A DNA stretch of 63,853 nucleotides, counting the filler. It is 4 parts of 4 records of this genome, joined end to end, with 100 filler letters (N's around TTAATTAATTAA, not from the genome) between each part and the next. Parts side by side here need not be neighbours in the genome. Positions count along the whole stretch, not along the records: positions 16,670 to 40,139 come from SRR31156797_4935; 3 more parts are not named here. One strand, written 5' to 3'. The notes beneath the pieces were generated by a model. It was given only the letters and a program-made list of their open reading frames with translations, ran no database searches and was not told where the DNA came from. The translations under genes were made by a program, and so were the position numbers. Each line of letters begins with the position of its first letter. Positions within the stretch are counted from its first letter, which is position 1. Below are positions 21,079-32,031 of this stretch, in pieces.

Positions 21079-22163
21079 GGGTCGGCATTTTAGGATCACG
21101 GGGCATCCCAAACCAGTATGGCGGCTTTGAACAGTTCGCTGAGCATCTGGCGCTGGGGCTGGTAAAACGTGGTGTGAAAGTTTGGGTGTATTGTTCATCC
21201 AGCCACCCGTTAAAAAACACCACCTGGAACGGCATCAACCGCATATTATGTCGTGACCCCGAAGATAAACTCGGCACAGCAGGACAATTTATTTACGACC
21301 TGAATTGCATCAGCGACAGCCGTAGAAGGGAATTTGACATCATCTACCAACTGGGCTACACCAGCAGCTCAATCTGGTTTCGAAGGTTACCGGATGGCCC
21401 TGCCGTCGTCACAAATATGGATGGGCTGGAATGGAAGCGCAATAAATACAACTTTTTGGTTCGCAGATTTCTGAAATATGCCGAAAAGCTGGCGGTGATG
21501 AGCAGTGATGCGCTGATTGCCGATTCGAAGGAAATCGGGAAACACCTGCTCACGACTTACGACGTCAATTCAACTTTTATCCCTTACGGTGCAGAAATCT
21601 TTGAGAACCCTGATGATGACTTCATAAAAAATGAAGGGCTGGAGCCTTTCAATTACAATTTGCTGATCGCCCGCATGCAACCCGACAATCATATCGAAGA
21701 GATCATACAAGGTGTAAAAAATTCACAGTCTGCTATCCCTCTGGTGGTTGTGGGGAACACCGAAAACGGATTTGGACAATACCTCCTGAAAAATTACCGG
21801 GATGAAAAAATTAAGTACCTAGGGCCCATCTTCGACCAGAATTTGCTGAATAACCTGAGGCATTTTTCAATATTATATTTCCACGGGCATTCTGCCGGAG
21901 GAACCAATCCTTCACTGCTGGAAGCTATGGCGGCAAGTGCCTGGATTTGTGCACATGACAACCCTTTTAACCGGGAGGTTTTAGGAGCAAATGCTTTCTA
22001 TTTCAAATCTCCCGGTGAAATCACAAACATCATCAATCAGCTAAAAGAAAAGGAATCAATGCGAAATATTTTCACAGCCAACAATAAGGTAACCATCAGA
22101 AAAACCTACAGTTGGAAACCGATCATCGATCAGTATTATGGTTATTTCGAAGAACTGCTCTGA
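21075..22163 (+). CDS. Glycosyltransferase family 4 (DUF1972 type)
   Basis: GSRGIPNQYGGFE, NMDGLEWKR, HGHSAGGTNPSLLEAM. Confidence 0.9.
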   Translation: MRVGILGSRGIPNQYGGFEQFAEHLALGLVKRGVKVWVYCSSSHPLKNTTWNGINRILCRDPEDKLGTAGQFIYDLNCISDSRRREFDIIYQLGYTSSSIWFRRLPDGPAVVTNMDGLEWKRNKYNFLVRRFLKYAEKLAVMSSDALIADSKEIGKHLLTTYDVNSTFIPYGAEIFENPDDDFIKNEGLEPFNYNLLIARMQPDNHIEEIIQGVKNSQSAIPLVVVGNTENGFGQYLLKNYRDEKIKYLGPIFDQNLLNNLRHFSILYFHGHSAGGTNPSLLEAMAASAWICAHDNPFNREVLGANAFYFKSPGEITNIINQLKEKESMRNIFTANNKVTIRKTYSWKPIIDQYYGYFEELL

Positions 22164-22233
22164 TTCAGGATAAACAATAACATTTTATAAGTTATATATT
22201 TGCATACGTAATAATTTAAACCAACTCATTCAT

Positions 22234-23613
22234 TTGTCAGTTCGATATTCAAAATACCTGCCTGCCATATCTATTGCCGGAGATTTTACCATCCTGAACC
22301 TCATTTTTGTTGTTGGTTTTTGCATGATATCGGGCAAGGCACAATGTATTAGCGAAAAGTTATTCGTTTTTTATGCGTATCTTAATATTTCCTGGCTGAT
22401 CCTGTCTATTGTCTTTAAAACCACACATATCAGCCATATGCTGCCGAAAAAGCAAATGCTGTATGCTTACATCAAAAAGGTGGTGTTTTTCTTTTTTATT
22501 TTTCTGCTTTACTTTCAGGTAACCTCACTCAACTACATCCCAAGGCATTACATCGAATATATCTTTCCCATATTTTTTGCAAGCCTTATGGTTTGGAAAT
22601 TTGGATTGTATTACACTTTCCTGATATACCGGAAAATGGGCTACAACTACCGTAAGGTATTGATTGTCGGGATCAATAAAAACACCCAGCAACTCAGAGA
22701 CTATTTTACGGATAGCGTTTTAAATGGTTATCGTTTTATGGGTTTCATCGGACATCAAAAGAGTAAACGCAGGGGAATTATCGGCACATGGGACGAACTG
22801 AAAACGATTGTAGAAAAGTTGGATATCGATGAAATTTACATAGGTTGGGGATCCATTCCCAAGGACATACGCCCTCAAATCACCGAAGTGGCCAACCAAT
22901 TTCCGTTAAAGATTCGGATCGTGCCGGATTTCGGAGAATTTTCCCATAAAAATACCGAACTTGTAAATTACGGGATGGTGCAGGTATTACAGTTCCACCC
23001 AGGCCCATTGAGTTTTTGGTACAACCGGCTTGTAAAACGGTTCTTCGACATCGGTTTTTCTATCGTTATCATCATTGGCTTCCTTTCGTGGATGTCGGTA
23101 ATCCTATACCTGTTGTCGCAGTTCAGCAGCAAAGAGGGTGTGTTTTTCCTGCAAAAGCGAACCGGTATTGATGGCAAAGTTTTTAGATGCATCAAATTCA
23201 GAACGATGCGTAAAAATACAGAGGCTGATAAAAAACAGGCCACCTATCGCGACAAGCGGATAACACCGATGGGGAGGTTTTTGCGTAAATCGAGCCTGGA
23301 TGAGTTGCCACAATTTATCAATGTCCTGATCGGGCAGATGAGTGTGGTTGGCCCGCGCCCGCATATGCTCAGGCATACCAGCCAGTACCGCAAACTTGTG
23401 AGGCGGTTTATGGTGAGGCATACCGTGAAGCCCGGCATTACCGGGCTGGCACAGGTAAGGGGGTTCCGTGGTGAAATTCGTCGTGTTTCCGACATCCGCC
23501 AACGCATCTATCATGATGTGGACTATATCGAAAAATGGAGCTTTAGCCTGGACCTGAAAATCATCATGCTCACGCTCGTGAACCTGGCAAAGGGAGATAA
23601 AAAAGCTTATTAA
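22234..23613 (+). CDS. Polyprenyl-phosphate glycosylphosphotransferase (WcaJ-like priming transferase)
   Basis: N-terminal TMs; [46 protein letters not shown] promoter at 22195-22202. Confidence 0.9.
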   Translation: MSVRYSKYLPAISIAGDFTILNLIFVVGFCMISGKAQCISEKLFVFYAYLNISWLILSIVFKTTHISHMLPKKQMLYAYIKKVVFFFFIFLLYFQVTSLNYIPRHYIEYIFPIFFASLMVWKFGLYYTFLIYRKMGYNYRKVLIVGINKNTQQLRDYFTDSVLNGYRFMGFIGHQKSKRRGIIGTWDELKTIVEKLDIDEIYIGWGSIPKDIRPQITEVANQFPLKIRIVPDFGEFSHKNTELVNYGMVQVLQFHPGPLSFWYNRLVKRFFDIGFSIVIIIGFLSWMSVILYLLSQFSSKEGVFFLQKRTGIDGKVFRCIKFRTMRKNTEADKKQATYRDKRITPMGRFLRKSSLDELPQFINVLIGQMSVVGPRPHMLRHTSQYRKLVRRFMVRHTVKPGITGLAQVRGFRGEIRRVSDIRQRIYHDVDYIEKWSFSLDLKIIMLTLVNLAKGDKKAY

Positions 23614-23975
23614 TAAGTGTTGATCGTTGGTGAAACACTTTTCACAATTGGCATCATCTTTAAGAAAAAACTTCATTTATTGGAATTTTGGAGAGTTGGA
23701 ATAGTGGATTTTGCCCAAAAATCTAGTCCATTTTCCCGTAATTACATATTGCTATCGCCTCATCTCCATACCATTCCTTCTTCACATCATCCCAAAAAAC
23801 AAACAACCCAAAGCAATAGCTATCAATGTTATATCCGCTTTCCTAATTCGAATAAACTTATTTCATATCGTCCCTGAACTATTTATTCACAATTTTGGTT
23901 TGATAACTTTACCTTTCATGCCTTTTGGGACAGCAACCATTCCTGTAAATTTGCCCGTTGCACAAATCAATAACA

Positions 23976-25811
23976 ATGACAATAGAATATAGCGAAGATT
24001 TAGTCAGGTCACTTGAATGGAACGAACACATCCAAACCCGCCCGGGGATGTACATCGGAAAACTCGGTGATGGGTCCTCGCAGGACGATGGTATTTACGT
24101 TTTGATTAAAGAGGTGATCGATAATTCCATTGATGAGTTCGTAATGGGATATGGAAAAAAAATTGATGTGAATATCCAGGGAAAAAATGTTTCGATCAGG
24201 GATTACGGACGTGGCATTCCACTGGGGAAAGTGATTGATTGCGTGGCCAAAATAAATACCGGTGCCAAATACGACTCCAAGGTTTTCAAAAAATCCGTTG
24301 GGCTCAACGGTGTTGGGGCAAAAGCAGTAAACGCCCTTTCGAGCTATTTTAAAGCCCAGGCTTTCCGCGAAGGCAAAACCAAGGATGTTGAATTCAGCAG
24401 CGGAGAAATTGTTGAGGATCACCCTTTATCAGATACCGAAGAAAAAAACGGAACGCTGATCTCCTTTACCCCCGATGCCAAATATTTTGGCGACTTTCAC
24501 TTTATCGGCGACTACGTTGAAAAGCTTTTATGGAATTACGTGTTCCTGAATAACGGCCTGAGTATTTATTTTAATGGTGAACGCTATTATGCCAAAAACG
24601 GACTGCTGGATCTGTTGCAACGCAACATCAACGGAGGTGCCATTTACCCGATCATTCATCTCAAAGAAGGAGATTTTGAGTTTGCCTTCACCCATATGAG
24701 CAACCAATATGGCGAGGAATACCATTCCTTCGTAAACGGCCAGAACACCACCCAGGGTGGCACCCACCAGGCTGCATTCCGTGAGGCGATTGTAAAAACC
24801 ATGCGTGAATTCTACAAAAAAGACTTCGATCCGGGTGATGTGCGCGCTTCAATAGTTGCCGCATTGAGTATCAAAGTATCGGAACCGGTTTTCGAATCAC
24901 AAACCAAAACCAAACTGGGATCGCAATACATGGAGCCGGAGGGGCAAACCATACGGAATTATGTGAACGATATTGTGAAGCGCCACCTCGACAACTACCT
25001 GCACATGAACCAGGAGGTTGCCGAAGCCATTCACCAGAAAATTCTGAGATCAGAAAAAGAACGAAAGGAAATTGCGGGCATTAAAAAGCTAGCCAAGGAA
25101 AGTGTAAAGAAGGCCAGCCTCCACAATAAAAAGCTGCGCGACTGCCGCATCCACTACAATCAGAACCATGAACGTCGCCTTGAAACCACGCTTTTTATCA
25201 CCGAGGGTGACTCTGCCAGCGGCTCCATCACCAAAAGTCGCGACGTAAACACACAGGCCGTGTTTTCGCTCAAAGGAAAACCGCTCAACTCTTACGGGAT
25301 GAGTAAAAAGGTGGTGTACCAGAATGAAGAGTTTAACCTGCTTCAGTCGGCGCTTAACATTGATGAGGACATGGAAAACCTGCGCTACAACAACATTGTG
25401 ATCGCCACCGATGCCGATGTGGATGGTATGCACATCCGGTTGTTGCTGCTCACCTTCTTCCTGCAGTTTTACCCTGATCTGGTAAAAATGGGACACCTTT
25501 ATATTTTGCAAACACCGCTTTTCAGGGTTCGCAATAAAAAGGCAACACACTATTGCTACACCGACGAGGAGCGTCATGCCGCCATCAAAAAGGTGGGGAA
25601 AAATCCTGAGATCACCCGATTCAAAGGGCTTGGAGAAATTTCACCTGATGAGTTCAAACATTTCATTGGCAAATCCATGCGCCTTGATCCGGTGATGCTT
25701 AAAAAAGGCCAGTCGCTCACAGAGATACTTTCGTTTTACATGGGCAAAAACACCCCCACCCGACAGAATTTCATTATCGATAACCTACGGTATGAAGAAG
25801 TGATGGCTTAA
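23976..25811 (+). CDS. parE: DNA topoisomerase IV subunit B
   Basis: [42 protein letters not shown]; Bacteroidetes ParE type; TAAATTTG promoter at 23946-23953. Confidence 0.9.
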   Translation: MTIEYSEDLVRSLEWNEHIQTRPGMYIGKLGDGSSQDDGIYVLIKEVIDNSIDEFVMGYGKKIDVNIQGKNVSIRDYGRGIPLGKVIDCVAKINTGAKYDSKVFKKSVGLNGVGAKAVNALSSYFKAQAFREGKTKDVEFSSGEIVEDHPLSDTEEKNGTLISFTPDAKYFGDFHFIGDYVEKLLWNYVFLNNGLSIYFNGERYYAKNGLLDLLQRNINGGAIYPIIHLKEGDFEFAFTHMSNQYGEEYHSFVNGQNTTQGGTHQAAFREAIVKTMREFYKKDFDPGDVRASIVAALSIKVSEPVFESQTKTKLGSQYMEPEGQTIRNYVNDIVKRHLDNYLHMNQEVAEAIHQKILRSEKERKEIAGIKKLAKESVKKASLHNKKLRDCRIHYNQNHERRLETTLFITEGDSASGSITKSRDVNTQAVFSLKGKPLNSYGMSKKVVYQNEEFNLLQSALNIDEDMENLRYNNIVIATDADVDGMHIRLLLLTFFLQFYPDLVKMGHLYILQTPLFRVRNKKATHYCYTDEERHAAIKKVGKNPEITRFKGLGEISPDEFKHFIGKSMRLDPVMLKKGQSLTEILSFYMGKNTPTRQNFIIDNLRYEEVMA

Positions 25812-26137
25812 TGAAGGCGCATAGTGCACAGCAATTAGAGCAAAGCGCTGGAATATCAAAATTTTGAGTTCAGCCACCTGACATCATTGAAATAAGAGAT
25901 ATACGGGTTGTGATTTTTACCCCCCCGCCCAATTTATAATTTTCCAGTTTTAGCAATCAATTTTTTAGGAATCAGTACTTCATCACTTATTTCAAATCTC
26001 TTTCTTTTAATATTTGGTACGCATAATAATGTAATTAAAGGAGTGGTTTCAGGCTTGAATTGGGGAATTTGAGGATTCCGGCGAAAGCTAATTCAGCGGA
26101 ACTAAAATGCAGAATAATTCCAGATCAAAAACATCGA

Positions 26138-27046
26138 TCAGGGAAGTGTATTTCTTGGTGTCGTATGGGTTTTCTCGACTGAAAACAGTTTTGAATAAAT
26201 GCTTTTAATTTCCTTTGCCACCATTGAATCAGGCGCATATTCCACAATGCTCTCCCCCTGGATCATCGCTTTCACAAAACGTTCATCAAAATCGACTTTC
26301 CCCAACAACGGGATATTAAAATCTTCGAGCATTTGTTTAGCCATGAGAGAAACCTCAGGATTTAGATTGTATTTATTGATGATGGCAAATGCCGGTATAT
26401 CGAATTTACGGGTTAAAGCAATCAGCCGCTTAATATCATGAATGCCGGTTTTTGAGGGCTCCACAACGAACAGCACTTTTGATACTCCACTCAGTGAAGC
26501 AATTACAGGACAGCCAATTCCGGGAGGCCCATCGTTAAGAATATGCGTTACTCTATGTTGTCCGGCAATTTCTTTCGCCTTTTTCCTAACCGTGGTTACC
26601 AGTTTTCCGGAGTTTTCTTCACCAGGTCCCATTCGGGCGTGTACCATGGGCCCAAAACGTGTATCAGATACATACCAGTAATTATTTTTCTTTTCCTCGG
26701 TATGGATCGCCTGAGCCGGACAAATTCTTTCACACAGCTTGCACCCTTCACAATTGTATGGATTAACTTTATACAAATGAGGTTCCGGCTGACTGATGGC
26801 TAAAAACCGGCATTCCGTTTTGCATATTCCGCACAAAATACACTTGTCAGGATCGATCACAGCCTTCAATCCACTGGTGAAATCATGAGATTCCTTTATT
26901 TCAGGTTTGAGCAACAAATGGAGGTCAGGTGCATCAACATCGCAATCGCAGAATACAGTATTCGTTGCTACAGTGGCAAGTGCTGCACATATCGAGGTTT
27001 TTCCGGTTCCTCCTTTCCCGCTGAGGATAGCAATTTCGCAAATCAT
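26138..27046 (-). CDS. MinD/CobQ-like P-loop ATPase with inserted 2x[4Fe-4S] ferredoxin
   Basis: SGKGGTGKT, DCDVDAP, CxxCxxCxxxC twice, DGPPGIGC. Confidence 0.9.
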   Translation of the reverse strand: MICEIAILSGKGGTGKTSICAALATVATNTVFCDCDVDAPDLHLLLKPEIKESHDFTSGLKAVIDPDKCILCGICKTECRFLAISQPEPHLYKVNPYNCEGCKLCERICPAQAIHTEEKKNNYWYVSDTRFGPMVHARMGPGEENSGKLVTTVRKKAKEIAGQHRVTHILNDGPPGIGCPVIASLSGVSKVLFVVEPSKTGIHDIKRLIALTRKFDIPAFAIINKYNLNPEVSLMAKQMLEDFNIPLLGKVDFDERFVKAMIQGESIVEYAPDSMVAKEIKSIYSKLFSVEKTHTTPRNTLP

Positions 27047-27909
27047 ATTTGTTCGGTTTCTAGAATTTTATCCAGTATCCCGAAAAAGTATTTCCCATAC
27101 CCCTCCACTGCATCAGCAAGTAATTGGTCACCTGAATAATGTGCTGCTATGTATTTGCTAAAAGGAATTTCGACTAGCGGCGGAATTTTTTCCTTGACCA
27201 GGAAATCTGCCAGGTCATTATTTCCGAGCCCTGATTTGTTGATGACTACGCCAAATGGTATCTCCAGTTCACGTATAAGTTCCAGGGCAAGTTTTATGTC
27301 ATGCAAGCCAAAAGGTGTGGGTTCGGAAACGAGTATCACATAATCTGCATCACTAATTGTTGATACCACCGAACATGAAGTTCCCGGTGGGGCATCGAAT
27401 ATAACGATACCTGTGGGTTGCTCGGTGTATGATTTTAAAAAACGAATTACCGGTGTTTGCAGGGCACTTCCAATATTTAACCTGCCTTCAGTCAGCCCGT
27501 TTCCAAACTCAAGTTGATATGTTTTTAATTTACCAATCTCATGCTGATGCTCGGAAATGGCTCCAAAACTACAGGCATGGTTACAGGCACCGCAGGCGTG
27601 GCAGAGTTCCGGCGAGACTTCAGCATGCTGTAATGCAGGTATTACGGTGATGGCATTGAATGTACAATAATCAACACATTTCCGGCAAAAAGTACATTTT
27701 TCTATATCGATCTCAGGCACTTGCAGTTCAACAGGGCATTCCTTTTTTATTTTTTTATTGTTAAAAAATAATGCATCATTGGGTTCTTCCACGTCACAGT
27801 CTACCAAAATTACATTGGGGTCGTAGAATCTGGCAATGGTATAATAAAGATTTACGGCAATTGTTGTTTTGCCGGTCCCCCCTTTTCCACTTGCAATGGC
27901 TATTTTCAC
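27043..27909 (-). CDS. MinD/CobQ-like P-loop ATPase with inserted 2x[4Fe-4S] ferredoxin (paralog)
   Basis: ASGKGGTGKT, DCDVEEPN, two ferredoxin motifs, DAPPGTSC, EPTPFG. Confidence 0.9.
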   Translation of the reverse strand: MKIAIASGKGGTGKTTIAVNLYYTIARFYDPNVILVDCDVEEPNDALFFNNKKIKKECPVELQVPEIDIEKCTFCRKCVDYCTFNAITVIPALQHAEVSPELCHACGACNHACSFGAISEHQHEIGKLKTYQLEFGNGLTEGRLNIGSALQTPVIRFLKSYTEQPTGIVIFDAPPGTSCSVVSTISDADYVILVSEPTPFGLHDIKLALELIRELEIPFGVVINKSGLGNNDLADFLVKEKIPPLVEIPFSKYIAAHYSGDQLLADAVEGYGKYFFGILDKILETEQI

Positions 27910-28053
27910 TTGTTAATAACTACATCGTTTTTGGTACCAGAAAAACTGCAGACTGTTTGAATACTCCAGTGAATTTGTCCAGGCATTTTGCCGGAAGTTT
28001 GTTTTAATTATGTCTGATTTCTTATAAAAAATGATTTTTTGAAATTAAAACAA

Positions 28054-28151
28054 ACACCTCACCCACCGGGACAATACGTTTATCATTTCATCTTTCTTCC
28101 CCGGACTTACTTCGTCTTGGGAGTGCGCATATCCCGGTGGTAGTGAAGTGT
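28054..28151 (-). other. Long structured intergenic element (candidate cis-RNA)
   Basis: ACACUUCAC/GUGAGGUGU and CCACCGGGA/UCCCGGUGG outer stems, plus inner UCCCAAGAC/GUCCGGGGA stem. Confidence 0.45.
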
Positions 28152-28173
28152 GGGCTTCGGCCATTTAGCATGG

Positions 28174-28371
28174 TTACCACCTGCCACGGCCTGTTCCCCG
28201 GCCTCTTCCTCCACCAGATTCACCACGGAACCTCAACCTGAGTGCTCTTCCCCGACCTCTTTTAAGCTCGCTAAATTCCTGTTCAGCGTTTTCAGATTTT
28301 TGGCACTTACCCATGCCTCTGCCTGTCATTGGCCCTTCACCTTCCGGGCCTTTTCTGTTAAATCCTGGCAT
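28174..28371 (-). CDS. DUF5320 family small Gly/Arg-rich protein
   Basis: MPG...GP.G.GPMTGRG.G.C signature, RG-rich tail. Confidence 0.8.
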   Translation of the reverse strand: MPGFNRKGPEGEGPMTGRGMGKCQKSENAEQEFSELKRGRGRALRLRFRGESGGGRGRGTGRGRW

Positions 28372-28389
28372 TATATACCTCCTTTCCAA

Positions 28390-28704
28390 TTATTTAAATG
28401 ATGATATGATTTCGATAACCGTTTTGTGATCATCGGTCATTTTAATAAGCTGAATATTGAATTTGTCCATCAACTCTTTTGCTTTAGGGCCAAAATCTCC
28501 TGAAATTATACGATCAACACCCAAATTCAGCATGAGTTCGGCAACCTTTGTTCCTGCACCACCATGGGCATCTTTAAACTTGTTACTAATAAATTCAGCC
28601 TGCGCTTTGTCGTGGTCGTAAAGGCAAAACCAGGCGCTTCGTCCAAAGCGTAAATCCATTTGTGCTTCCAAATCGTCTTCCGTTGATGTAATGATAGTCT
28701 TCAT
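28390..28704 (-). CDS. NifB/NifX family FeMo-cofactor-binding-like protein
   Basis: RFGR..WF, HGGAG, ISGDFGPKA. Confidence 0.85.
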   Translation of the reverse strand: MKTIITSTEDDLEAQMDLRFGRSAWFCLYDHDKAQAEFISNKFKDAHGGAGTKVAELMLNLGVDRIISGDFGPKAKELMDKFNIQLIKMTDDHKTVIEIISSFK

Positions 28705-29123
28705 TATTTTTGATTGTTTGAATAAATTGTTTCAATGATTTTTGATTTACATATGGGGCATTCCATATTGACCTGTCGACCGGTGAGCGTGAAAAGGTTA
28801 TGACAATTGCTGCACTTGAACCAGTCTTTTTCCAATTTTACGTTACCATAAACCGAGCGGATGCTCTTGACTTCCACAAGCGCCCTGGCGATCTTCTGCC
28901 TGGCACTTTCATAAATTCGTGCAAATGTTGGCCGGGAAATTCCCATCAGGACACAAGCCTGGTGATGCGACATTCCATCGTAATCAGCCAGCTTAATCGC
29001 TTCGTATTCTTCATAAAGCAGTTTCACCTCCCCTTCTGGTTTTTCTCCATGATAACCATGTGGTTCAAATCCCCTGAACCCTGGCGGCTCAACTATTTTG
29101 CGTGGTTGCTTTCGTCTTGGCAC
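28704..29123 (-). CDS. DUF134 putative DNA-binding regulator with C-terminal zinc ribbon
   Basis: PR....R, EEYEAIKLAD, MGISRPTFARI..SAR.KIA, CxxC...CPxC; GTG start at 29123. Confidence 0.85.
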   Translation of the reverse strand: MPRRKQPRKIVEPPGFRGFEPHGYHGEKPEGEVKLLYEEYEAIKLADYDGMSHHQACVLMGISRPTFARIYESARQKIARALVEVKSIRSVYGNVKLEKDWFKCSNCHNLFTLTGRQVNMECPICKSKIIETIYSNNQK

Positions 29124-29153
29124 GATGCTTTTATGTATTGATGAATCGGAATG

Positions 29154-29177
29154 CAAATATAATGAGAATATTCTCAT
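29154..29177 (-). promoter_or_regulatory. Promoter -7 element with adjacent perfect 16-bp palindrome (candidate operator)
   Basis: ATGAGAATATTCTCAT (29162-29177) abuts minus-strand TATATTTG (29154-29161). Confidence 0.65.
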
Positions 29178-29295
29178 AATAAAAATTAAACCAAAAAAAA
29201 TTCCCTGAAGTTTTTCCTTCGGGGAATTCATTATCACATTTACCGGTTGGAGGTTTTCAATTTGTGACCCTGCTAAAAAATGTAGTATTTAAAAG

Positions 29296-30768
29296 TTAAT
29301 GTTTCGGTAGCTCTGGGCTTTCCTGCCTGGTTGAGGCCAGCCACAAGCCACCAAAAGTCAGGGCTCCGTTAACGATCAGTAACTCAAACCCAAATTTGTA
29401 ACCATTCATCAATTCTGCTGAGTAACGACTCATCACATAACAAATAACTGGTGAAGTGAGTGCGATCAGTGGCACCCACTTATCGATAACCTTTCGCCGG
29501 GTAAATAAACCAAATGCAAACAGCCCAAGCAGCGGGCCATAGGTGTATCCTGCAACCGTAAATAGCTCAGAAATTACGGCTTCGTTATTAATCGACTTAA
29601 ACAAAACAATTACAAGGATGAGCACCAGCGCAACTCCAATATGCGATTGGTGCCTGATCGTTTGACGCTTTTTGTCCGATAAGTCGGCCCGGCGGTTTAT
29701 ACCAAGAATGTCCACCGTAAATGATGTTGTTAAAGCTGTAAGCGCACTATCGGCACTGGAGTAGGCAGCAGAGATCAACCCAATTATAAATACAATTGCT
29801 GCTACCGGGCCAAGGTGCATCAATGCCACTTCAGGAAATAGGTTATCAGATGTCCCGGTAATATCAATGCCCTTTTCCTGGATAAAAATCATAAGCGCTG
29901 CTCCCAGACATAAAAACAGGAAATTTACCGGAACCAGTATCCAGCTGAGCGAGATGATGTTTTTCTGTGCATCACGCAAATTTTTGCAACTCAGGTTTTT
30001 CTGCATCATATCCTGGTCGAGGCCGGTCATCACGATGGCAATAAACGCCCCGGAAACAAATTCCTTAACAAAAAACCGCTTATCCTGCCAGTTTGAAAAG
30101 AAAATCTGTGAATACTCGCTTTCCCCTATTTGGTCAACCAATCCACCAAACGAAACACCCATACTGTCTTTCACGATCATCACCGTGATAAAAACTGAGG
30201 CGAGCATAAAAGTAGTCTGCAGTGTATCTGTCCAGACGATGGTCTTAATACCACCCTTGAATGTATACAAATTTATGAGGATCATAAAAATGACCACGGT
30301 CAGCGAGAAAGGGATTCCATAATTATCGAAAACAAAAATTTGAAGTACATTCACCACGAGGAACATCCTGAATGACGCACCAATTACACGTGACAGCAAA
30401 AAGTAGAATGCCCCGGTTTTGTATGAAGTCCGGCCAAAACGCTCAAGCAGGTAGCGGTATATGGAGGTGAGTTCAAGTTTGTAATAAAGTGGTAGCAATA
30501 CCTTTGCAATCGCAAAATAACCAATCAGGTATCCGAACACCACCATCATGTACGAAAATCCGGCATCCTCAACCCAGCCGGTTACCGAGATAAAGGTAAC
30601 ACCGGAAAGGGATGCTCCCACCATACCATAAGCTACAACATACCAAGGCGATTTACGGTTACCCAGAAAATAGGATTCGTTGTTGCTTTTACGTCCGGTA
30701 AGAAAACTGATAAAAAACAATAGCCCGGTATAGGCCAAAAAACTATATAGAATGATTTGAGCAGACAT
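29296..30768 (-). CDS. Sodium:solute symporter
   Basis: YFLGNR.SPW, SLSGVTFISV, VWTDTLQ, GLDQDMMQK, SSADSAL; about 13 TM. Confidence 0.9.
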   Translation of the reverse strand: MSAQIILYSFLAYTGLLFFISFLTGRKSNNESYFLGNRKSPWYVVAYGMVGASLSGVTFISVTGWVEDAGFSYMMVVFGYLIGYFAIAKVLLPLYYKLELTSIYRYLLERFGRTSYKTGAFYFLLSRVIGASFRMFLVVNVLQIFVFDNYGIPFSLTVVIFMILINLYTFKGGIKTIVWTDTLQTTFMLASVFITVMIVKDSMGVSFGGLVDQIGESEYSQIFFSNWQDKRFFVKEFVSGAFIAIVMTGLDQDMMQKNLSCKNLRDAQKNIISLSWILVPVNFLFLCLGAALMIFIQEKGIDITGTSDNLFPEVALMHLGPVAAIVFIIGLISAAYSSADSALTALTTSFTVDILGINRRADLSDKKRQTIRHQSHIGVALVLILVIVLFKSINNEAVISELFTVAGYTYGPLLGLFAFGLFTRRKVIDKWVPLIALTSPVICYVMSRYSAELMNGYKFGFELLIVNGALTFGGLWLASTRQESPELPKH

Positions 30769-30788
30769 GAGTTGAAACTAAATATTAA

Positions 30789-31364
30789 TTAAACCTTTAA
30801 TTGGTTTGCGAGTTCAGGAAGCGACTCAAAACGATAATCAGCCAAAGTTGAGCCTGCCTGAATTTCAGGATTTGCCTTTCCAATGAAAACAGATTTCATT
30901 CCAACACGTTTACCGAATTGCAAATCGGTTTTGGAATCACCCACAATGATGGACCTTTTAAAATCAATTTCCGGAAAATCCTTGCGGGCCTGCAACGCCA
31001 TACCAATCTGTGGTTTGCGGCACAGGGGCATTTGTTGTTTCAGTCCGGCGCAATGATAAATTCTGTCGATATGCCCCCCGGCTGCATGAATCTCTTCGAG
31101 CATCCGGTTATTCACCAGGGCAAGGTCGCCTTCATCCATCAAACCTTTACCAATTCCCTGTTGATTTGTCACTACGACAACCCTTCCAAAAAGTTGATTA
31201 AAAAAAACTATGGCTTCAGGCACCCCTTCAAAAAATCGGAATTCACCGGGTGTGCGGACATAATCATCAATGAGCCGATGGTTGATCACTCCATCGCGAT
31301 CGAGAAAAAGTGTCCAGGATTTATTAATACCTGAAATTCTTGAAGTCTTCCTGTGCTTTTGCAT
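30789..31364 (-). CDS. gmhB: D,D-heptose 1,7-bisphosphate phosphatase (HAD IIIA)
   Basis: LFLDRDGVIN, VTNQQGIG, RKP..GM, GDS..D; nearest in-frame ATG at 31364. Confidence 0.85.
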   Translation of the reverse strand: MQKHRKTSRISGINKSWTLFLDRDGVINHRLIDDYVRTPGEFRFFEGVPEAIVFFNQLFGRVVVVTNQQGIGKGLMDEGDLALVNNRMLEEIHAAGGHIDRIYHCAGLKQQMPLCRKPQIGMALQARKDFPEIDFKRSIIVGDSKTDLQFGKRVGMKSVFIGKANPEIQAGSTLADYRFESLPELANQLKV

Positions 31365-32031
31365 AATCTTCAGGTACACCAATATCAATAAAATACTGGC
31401 GACAAAGGATTCCGTAAATCTTCTCTGTTTTATAAATTTTCTCAAAAAAGTCTTTTTCCAGGGAGAATTTGTCCGGCAGGTTCTGGCTGTCAAAGAACCT
31501 TTTGTTAATGATGTAAATTCCACCGTTGATAAATCCTTTCCCGGTTTTCTGGTTTTTCTCGTAAAATCCGGTTATCCGCCTGTCATCGTCCCTTTCAATA
31601 CTACCGTATCTGCTCACATCGTCAAGTTCCCGAAGCACAATGCTGAATTTGGACTCTTTTCCACGGTGGATATGCAGGAATTTAATAAAATCGATTTCAT
31701 AAAAGGTATCACCATTCATGCCAATTACCAGCGGTCCTTCGGTCATTGCCATGGCCTTCTTCAGTCCACCTCCCGTACCCAGGGGTTCGGTTTCGATGGC
31801 ATAATCAATTTCGATGTCCTTGTATTTGTTGCCGTAATGCTCTATGATTTTTTCATGAAGGTATCCTACCGATAAAATCACTTTCTTTACTCCAAATACA
31901 TCGAGGTAATCCAGTTGATAATCCAAAAACGGCCTTCCGTTAACCGGAGCCATCGGTTTCGGAAGGTCATTAACAACTTCGCTCAGCCGCGTCCCATAAC
32001 CTCCTGCAAGAATGATTGCTTCTTTTATCAT
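31324..32031 (-). CDS. hddC: Heptose 1-phosphate guanylyltransferase-like nucleotidyltransferase
   Basis: ILAGGYGTRL, PKPM, EPLGTGG, NGDT, FIDIGVPEDY; lies between gmhA and gmhB. Confidence 0.8.
   Translation of the reverse strand: MIKEAIILAGGYGTRLSEVVNDLPKPMAPVNGRPFLDYQLDYLDVFGVKKVILSVGYLHEKIIEHYGNKYKDIEIDYAIETEPLGTGGGLKKAMAMTEGPLVIGMNGDTFYEIDFIKFLHIHRGKESKFSIVLRELDDVSRYGSIERDDDRRITGFYEKNQKTGKGFINGGIYIINKRFFDSQNLPDKFSLEKDFFEKIYKTEKIYGILCRQYFIDIGVPEDYAKAQEDFKNFRY

Noticed and set aside
28054-28151. SRP (4.5S) or 6S RNA identity for the long hairpin
   Set aside because: It lacks the SRP helix-8 CAGG/GGAA/AGCA signature and is too short for 6S
28390-28704. Nitrogen fixation
   Set aside because: NifB/NifX-like domain only; no nifH, nifD or nifK in the window
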